NCBI GenBank assembly: GCA_963798215.1
Contig: CAWCSP010000005.1
Span: 259,539 to 323,538 of the forward strand
Source: an uncultured Acidobacteriota bacterium
GTDB lineage: Bacteria; Acidobacteriota; Thermoanaerobaculia; UBA5066
DNA: 64,000 bases
Reading direction: 5' to 3'
A model generated the notes under the pieces. The model saw only the letters and a list, made by a program, of their open reading frames with translations. It was not told the DNA's origin and made no database searches. A program made the translations under genes and the position numbers. Shown here one piece after another: positions 58,950 through 64,000 of this stretch; the first letter of the stretch is position 1; each line of letters starts with the position of its first letter.

Positions 58950-60173
58950 TCATTGCTGGCCCGTCGCGTCCGCACCCATGCGGTCCACGAAGTACCTTCG
59001 CTTGCCGCTCGGGCTTCGTTCGATGGCGGAGACGTACTCGAACTCCAGCTTGGCCATGGGTATGCGCTGTTCGAAGGTCTGCTGGATCTGGTCTCTTTCT
59101 GCCGTCGGGTTCGTGACTATCCGCACCCGCAGGAAGCCCGGCTTGTCCTGGACGAACTGAATATCCCGTATCTGATCCCAGAACGCGCCGTGATCCAGGT
59201 CCCCGAACGCGTAGCCGAAGAGCGACCTCCTGCGCCCCGAGCTGTCGACGAAGGTCTCCTGTGACCGCCCGACGATGGCGCTGGCGCGCGGGAAGTTATC
59301 GCTGACGCAGCTCCCGGCCGGATCGACGGCCAGGTCGCCGGTGTCATATCGGACGAACTGCGTGCCGATCCGGTTGAATGACGACGCTACGACGCGCTGG
59401 CACCCTTCGATCTCGGAGGGGAGCAGTTCCACGTGACCATACGTCGGGTAGAAGTGGAAGCCACGGCAGTCCCGGCAGCAGTATGCCAAGGTGGCATACT
59501 CGCTGTGACCGTACCAGTGGACGACCTTAATGCCGAACTCCTGCTCAAACTGCGCCTGCTCACAGGCCGGGAACGTCTCGGAGGCGGCGATAACACCCCG
59601 GACCGGAAGACTGCGGAACAGATCTTCGCCCAGCAGGTCGATGAACGTATACAGGGAACTCGGATATACGTGGAGAAAGAACGGCGGAAGGGTGCGCACC
59701 CACCGCCGCAATCTGCCGAGCTCCTGCTCTACCGTCGCGCCCGGTGAGATGATCCAAACGTTCTCGAGGCGGTTGAAGCGAAGCATTCCGCCGTGGATAT
59801 CGCCAGCGTAACGGACTCTGAGGTCATACGGCGCATATCCCACCTGGGACCAGATGTCAAAGAGGTAGGCGCGCTCCTTCTGGCGGCGCGCAAACGTATC
59901 GGCCGTGAAACGAAGCGGCTGGCCTGACGTCCCGCCGGTCCGCACCGTGTGCGTGAGCAACGGCACGTTCCAGCGGGCGTACCTGCGCGGATACCGGCGG
60001 TAGTCCTCCTTCTGCGTGATCTCATCGCCGTACCTGCGGGTCAGCCGCCGGAACCGCCCGTCCTGATACTCGCGGATCTCGCTGGGTGACCAGCCCTTGG
60101 ACTTCTTGATCAGGCGGCGGTGGTAGAAGTAGCTGGGACCGAGCAGGCCTTCCCTGACTCCCGTCATGACCAA
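58950..60173 (-). CDS. Adenylate-forming enzyme, phenylacetate-CoA ligase / CapK-like
   Basis: TGGTSGQPLRF AMP-binding motif, YGHSEY, YDTGD, SGKRRYFVD. Intact 407 aa. Confidence 0.7.
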   Translation of the reverse strand: MVMTGVREGLLGPSYFYHRRLIKKSKGWSPSEIREYQDGRFRRLTRRYGDEITQKEDYRRYPRRYARWNVPLLTHTVRTGGTSGQPLRFTADTFARRQKERAYLFDIWSQVGYAPYDLRVRYAGDIHGGMLRFNRLENVWIISPGATVEQELGRLRRWVRTLPPFFLHVYPSSLYTFIDLLGEDLFRSLPVRGVIAASETFPACEQAQFEQEFGIKVVHWYGHSEYATLAYCCRDCRGFHFYPTYGHVELLPSEIEGCQRVVASSFNRIGTQFVRYDTGDLAVDPAGSCVSDNFPRASAIVGRSQETFVDSSGRRRSLFGYAFGDLDHGAFWDQIRDIQFVQDKPGFLRVRIVTNPTAERDQIQQTFEQRIPMAKLEFEYVSAIERSPSGKRRYFVDRMGADATGQQ

Positions 60174-60635
60174 TCACCGGATCGGACACCAACCACTGCG
60201 CCGACCCGCTCTATCCCAACGAAGACCATATACATTCTCACGCTCCAGAGGGCACTGCAAAGCTCTGTTAGCTTCCCTCCCGCAGGGAACCCCTAAGAGG
60301 AGCTTATCGCTGGCGGCCGTGATACAACGGCGGTTCGCTCCCGGTACAGGTCGCGTCATATCGGTTTCGCGGCTGCCACCCGCCCCGGGTCAACTGTCGC
60401 GCCGGGTGGGGGTCCAGAGCTAAGGTTCAGCCGCATGCGGAGGCCGCCAGCCCGGGCCTGGCGAAGACCCGTGGCCATAATTTAACGTATCAAAGTGACA
60501 TCCAGCTCTCTCTTGTTGACGTTCGGGCGGCTCGACGCATGCCGCCTGGCCCAGCCATGGCTGAACTGTGAACCACAGTAGCGGCCGTCCAAGTCGGTGA
60601 GCGTACGGTTTTATCTGACGAGAAGGGAGCGTTTC

Positions 60636-61874
60636 ATGTCGGCCAGCGAGGTGCTCATCGTTGGTGCTGGCCCCTACGGCCTGTCGATCTCCACGCACCT
60701 TCGCGGGCGAGGGATCGACCATCTCGTCGTGGGCCGCCCGATGGATACCTGGCGTGCGCACATGCCGGCCGGTATGTACCTGAAATCCGAGCCTTACGGC
60801 TCGGACATGTCCTCACCCCAGGCCGGGTACGATCTCGCAGGCTACAGCCGATCGGAGCGAATCGAGGGCATCGAGCGGGGGACGCCGCTGTCGCTCGAAC
60901 GGTTCCTCGACTACGCCGACTGGTATGTGAAGCATTTGGTGCCCGATGTGAGTGATGTCACAGTGACGGAGATTAAGGCGGCGAACGGTGGGTTCCGGGT
61001 CGCATTCGCCGATGCCGAGCCGGTTGAGGCCAGGAATGTCGTGATCTCGACGGGTGTCCTGCCCTATCGTTACATCCCGTCCGAGCTGTCGGGCCTGCCA
61101 TCCGAGCTTGTCTCACATACCGCCGATCACCACCGGTTCGACCGCTTCCGGGGGCGCCGCGTCGCCATCGTGGGCGCCGGTTCGTCAGCACTGGAGACGG
61201 CCGCCTTGCTGCACGAAGCGGGGGGCGATGTGAAGCTTGTCGTGCGGTGCCCGGACTCTCCCATCTGGGGCACGAAGCCGCTGCCGCTGACCCCGCTGGT
61301 ACGGCTCAGGAACAACAAGCTCTGCGAAGGGTGGAAGTGCCCGCTCTGGAATTCTCCGACCGCCTTTCGCCGGCTGCCGAAGGGCGTACGGGCCACCAAA
61401 GCGCGAACTGTCCTTGGGCCCCTTGGGGCATGGTGGCTGAGGGACCGCGTCGAAGGCGTGGTCGAGATGCTGGACAGGACTCATCTGCGGGGAGCCGAGC
61501 CCAGCGGAAGCGGCGTGCGGCTGCTGCTTGACGGTCCGAGCCGATCGACCCTCGAAGTCGATCACGTGATCGCCGGCACCGGCTTCCACGTCGACATCGC
61601 CAAGCTGGCGTACCTCCCGGAAGAGCTCCGGGCGCGTATCGCCACGTTCAGCGGGTACCCGGTACTTACCCGGGCCGGCGAATCGACGGTTCCCGGCCTG
61701 TACTTCGCCGGAGCCCCGGCGGCCTTCGGCCTAGGCCCGTCGATGCGATTCATCGCCGGCACGCATAATCTGGCAGGCCAGCTCACCCGGTCGGTGGCCC
61801 GCCGCTCGCAAGGTAGCGGACGCGCCCCGGTACCATCGGTGCCCGGGTCGTCAGGCGCTGCAGTCGGGCTATGA
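60636..61874 (+). CDS. FAD/NAD(P)-binding oxidoreductase (flavin monooxygenase-like)
   Basis: VLIVGAGPYGLS and VAIVGAGSSALE dinucleotide folds. ATG 60636 is preceded by AAGGGAG. Confidence 0.7.
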   Translation: MSASEVLIVGAGPYGLSISTHLRGRGIDHLVVGRPMDTWRAHMPAGMYLKSEPYGSDMSSPQAGYDLAGYSRSERIEGIERGTPLSLERFLDYADWYVKHLVPDVSDVTVTEIKAANGGFRVAFADAEPVEARNVVISTGVLPYRYIPSELSGLPSELVSHTADHHRFDRFRGRRVAIVGAGSSALETAALLHEAGGDVKLVVRCPDSPIWGTKPLPLTPLVRLRNNKLCEGWKCPLWNSPTAFRRLPKGVRATKARTVLGPLGAWWLRDRVEGVVEMLDRTHLRGAEPSGSGVRLLLDGPSRSTLEVDHVIAGTGFHVDIAKLAYLPEELRARIATFSGYPVLTRAGESTVPGLYFAGAPAAFGLGPSMRFIAGTHNLAGQLTRSVARRSQGSGRAPVPSVPGSSGAAVGL

Positions 61875-61942
61875 CGCCGCGCTGCAAGAGACTGCGTGAC
61901 CGCAGCGGGGGGTAATGTCAGGCAACACTCCGGGGCGTCGCA

Positions 61943-62767
61943 TCAAAGGCTCGCGACGTTGACCGCGATGCCGAACATCCCGGCCCTATCCGCCGACGGG
62001 CAGATGATGGTCTGGTATCCAGGATGCCGCCTGGCGAAGGTCGCAAAGCCCTCGTGCGAGTCGATGTCGTCCACCAGCATGACCCCGCCTGGCGACATGG
62101 CCGAGGCCACCTGCTCCATCTCGAACACCGTGTTTCCCGCGGTGTGCAGGCTGTCGTGGATGAACATCTCCACGTGGCCGACCTCCGCGACCAGCGGCGG
62201 CAGCCGCTGCCTGCTTGAGCCTTCCAGGTATGTCCAGCGAGGTCGGCACGCATCGGTGACGGCCACGCCTGTCTCCGCATGCAATCGGTGATCGAAAGGG
62301 AACGGCAGATCGACGCTCCATAGGTGGCCTAGGTCGTTCTGCCTCAGCGCCTCGAGCACGATCCGGCTCGTAACGCCGTGCGCCACGCCCGTCTCGATCA
62401 CGACGTCGGGCCGGGCATGCAACGTCACACACCATGCGGCGCGGCACAGCGCACTGTCGGCGTCGGCATACCACGCGTAGGTGTCGCGGCCAAAGGCCCA
62501 CCCTCTTGCAGTCAGCAGTGCACCGATTTCCGTCATTACCTCGTCGAACTGCTGGAGCTGATGGCATGGCCAGGCCGCGCCGAGCAGGCTGTGCAGATGC
62601 TCATCCCATGCCTCGTCAACCTGGAACCTGGGGAATTCCCCGCGCCGGTGCCACTGGTACCACTGCCGCATTTCCCCTGGCAGAGCTCGTCCTACCGCCG
62701 TCGGGTGAACGACGAACGTGCGCGCCAGACGCACCGTCTTCTGTACCCGCGACCCTTTCCAAGCCAC
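61943..62767 (-). CDS. Class I SAM-dependent methyltransferase (Methyltransf_24-like)
   Basis: VIETGVAHGVTS motif I-like, FIHDSLHT, GGVMLVDDI. Confidence 0.65.
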   Translation of the reverse strand: MAWKGSRVQKTVRLARTFVVHPTAVGRALPGEMRQWYQWHRRGEFPRFQVDEAWDEHLHSLLGAAWPCHQLQQFDEVMTEIGALLTARGWAFGRDTYAWYADADSALCRAAWCVTLHARPDVVIETGVAHGVTSRIVLEALRQNDLGHLWSVDLPFPFDHRLHAETGVAVTDACRPRWTYLEGSSRQRLPPLVAEVGHVEMFIHDSLHTAGNTVFEMEQVASAMSPGGVMLVDDIDSHEGFATFARRHPGYQTIICPSADRAGMFGIAVNVASL

Positions 62768-63065
62768 CGCTGCAGCTTACCTGGTCAGCTACTTCGACCT
62801 GAAAATCCGCGTGATCGGTGACTGCTGGTGACTGGTGCGGGAGGATGGCGTCGATTCCTACGGCTGGGACCGCACCCTGCTGGACGGCCGCGAGGGAGCC
62901 TCGATCTGGTGCGGACATTGATCATCTGACGGAAAGTTACGACATGTGCGCGTAAACCCATGGATTTGGCTGCGCGTCCCCTAAAGGGAGACGGCTGAAC
63001 GGACGGACTGGGAGCGTGGGGGACCGGCATGCATACTCGGTGCTGCCTACGGGGGGTACGGCACA

Positions 63066-64000
63066 ATGTCCGGTTACGCTGCTGTACGCGGCCATTACGA
63101 CCAGCAGACCGCTAGCACCGCGTCTACCTGGACAAGGGACTACCTGCGCAGGGCTGCCCTGGCGGATTCCGGCTGTGCCGTAGTCGGCGTGTTCGCTGCG
63201 GTCCAACTTCGCTTCGGCAATCACGTCACGGGGACTTACGTAGCGCTGAGCCTTGCTCTTCCTCTGCTCTGGCTGGCCGCTCTTAGCCTGGCTGGAGGGT
63301 ATGACGCTCGCTTCATCGGGACTGGATCAGACGAGTTCCGCAGGGTGCTGAATGCCGGCGTCGGCCTGACCGCGGCGATCGCCATCTGCTCGTACATGTT
63401 CAACAGTCAATTGGCCCGCGGCTACGTGCTCATCGCCCTGCCCACTATCGCGCTGCTCGACCTGTTCGCCAGGTACGCGATGCGGAAGCGGCTGCACAAA
63501 CTCCGGGCAGCTGGTCGCGGCATGTTCAACGTGGTGGCGGTTGGCCATGAGTCTGCGGTGGCAGACCTGATCACCGAGCTCCGGCGGGATTGTTATCACG
63601 GACTGCAGGTCGTGGGCGCCTGTGTGGCGCGTCCATCGGAGTGCAGCGAGGTCGCCAAGGTGCCAGTGTACGGAGGCCTCGACGACGTCACGGCGGCCGT
63701 ACACGACTTCGGCGCCGACACCGTCGCGGTGCTCGCTTGCCCGGAAATGGACGGCCTCAAGCTCAGGCGCCTCGCCTGGGAGCTGGAGAAGACCGGTACC
63801 GACCTATGCGTCTCCCCGGCACTGCTCGACGTGGCCGGTCCGCGGACAACGATCAGGCCGACAGCCGGGCTGACCCTCTTGCACGTCGATCACCCGCAGC
63901 TAGCCGGTGCCCGCCTGCTTATCAAGGACCTGTTCGATCGTTGCGCAGCGGCAGTGGTACTCATCCTGCTTGCCCCGCTGCTTGTGATCCTCGGTGCGGC
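63066..64000 (+). CDS. Exopolysaccharide polyprenyl glycosylphosphotransferase (3' end outside window; not in the ORF track because no stop is reached)
   Basis: Own translation: MSGYAAVRGHYDQQ..., four TM segments, CoA-binding-like VVAVGHESAVADLI...VPVYGGLDDV...DTVAVL, then LLIKDLFDRCAAAVVLILLAPLLVILGA, which opens the sugar-transferase domain. Confidence 0.75.
   Translation, partial: MSGYAAVRGHYDQQTASTASTWTRDYLRRAALADSGCAVVGVFAAVQLRFGNHVTGTYVALSLALPLLWLAALSLAGGYDARFIGTGSDEFRRVLNAGVGLTAAIAICSYMFNSQLARGYVLIALPTIALLDLFARYAMRKRLHKLRAAGRGMFNVVAVGHESAVADLITELRRDCYHGLQVVGACVARPSECSEVAKVPVYGGLDDVTAAVHDFGADTVAVLACPEMDGLKLRRLAWELEKTGTDLCVSPALLDVAGPRTTIRPTAGLTLLHVDHPQLAGARLLIKDLFDRCAAAVVLILLAPLLVILGA

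Noticed and set aside
60174-60600. ORFs 60166-60423(+), 60174-60359(-) and 60420-60761(-) in the gap between the CapK-like and oxidoreductase genes.
   Set aside because: Short, no motifs, mutually overlapping. Treated as intergenic or promoter region.

Overview
High-GC (about 68-70%) bacterial chromosome segment; phylum not determinable from sequence alone. Bases 1-37,000 are intact housekeeping genes: mutS2-dnaG-rpoD, one tRNA-Met(CAT), yggS, divIVA, hutI, polA, selB, ubiX/ubiA, a dNK, a trans-sulfuration enzyme, transport and sulfur genes. A HEPN/MNT toxin-antitoxin pair sits at 34.1-34.8 kb. From about 36.5 to 57.4 kb the window is an accessory/defence island. In order it holds Phd-Doc and a PH-SHOCT gene, then a WYL (BrxR/CapW-like) regulator and HicAB, DUF433, DUF4160/DUF2442 and orphan HicB modules. 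Next come a roughly 1140-aa RecB-like nuclease/SF1 helicase fusion and a MORC-like GHKL ATPase - DUF4420 - Z1 operon. That operon converges on a dcm - EcoRII-like endonuclease - vsr operon. The island ends with an E2-only (type II-short) CBASS with an HNH-SAVED (Cap5) effector and divergent CapH/CapP regulators, plus an orphan HNH-like gene. The 44.1-57.4 kb part is visibly lower in GC. The most striking signal is about 38 reading-frame breaks confined to 37.2-58.3 kb, several in G/C homopolymers, while I saw none in the genes of the flanking 43 kb. This is either island-specific decay or island-specific assembly error. Other observations: a decayed second copy of the helicase 3' end exactly at the GC breakpoint, three proteins sharing an IPTL-CTERM-like sorting tail, a recurring low-GC GAAGAGAAGA...CTTAG motif, and a panC C-terminal remnant. 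The right end (58.3-64 kb) carries intact polysaccharide-type genes of different composition. No CRISPR array, rRNA, integrase or transposase was seen.
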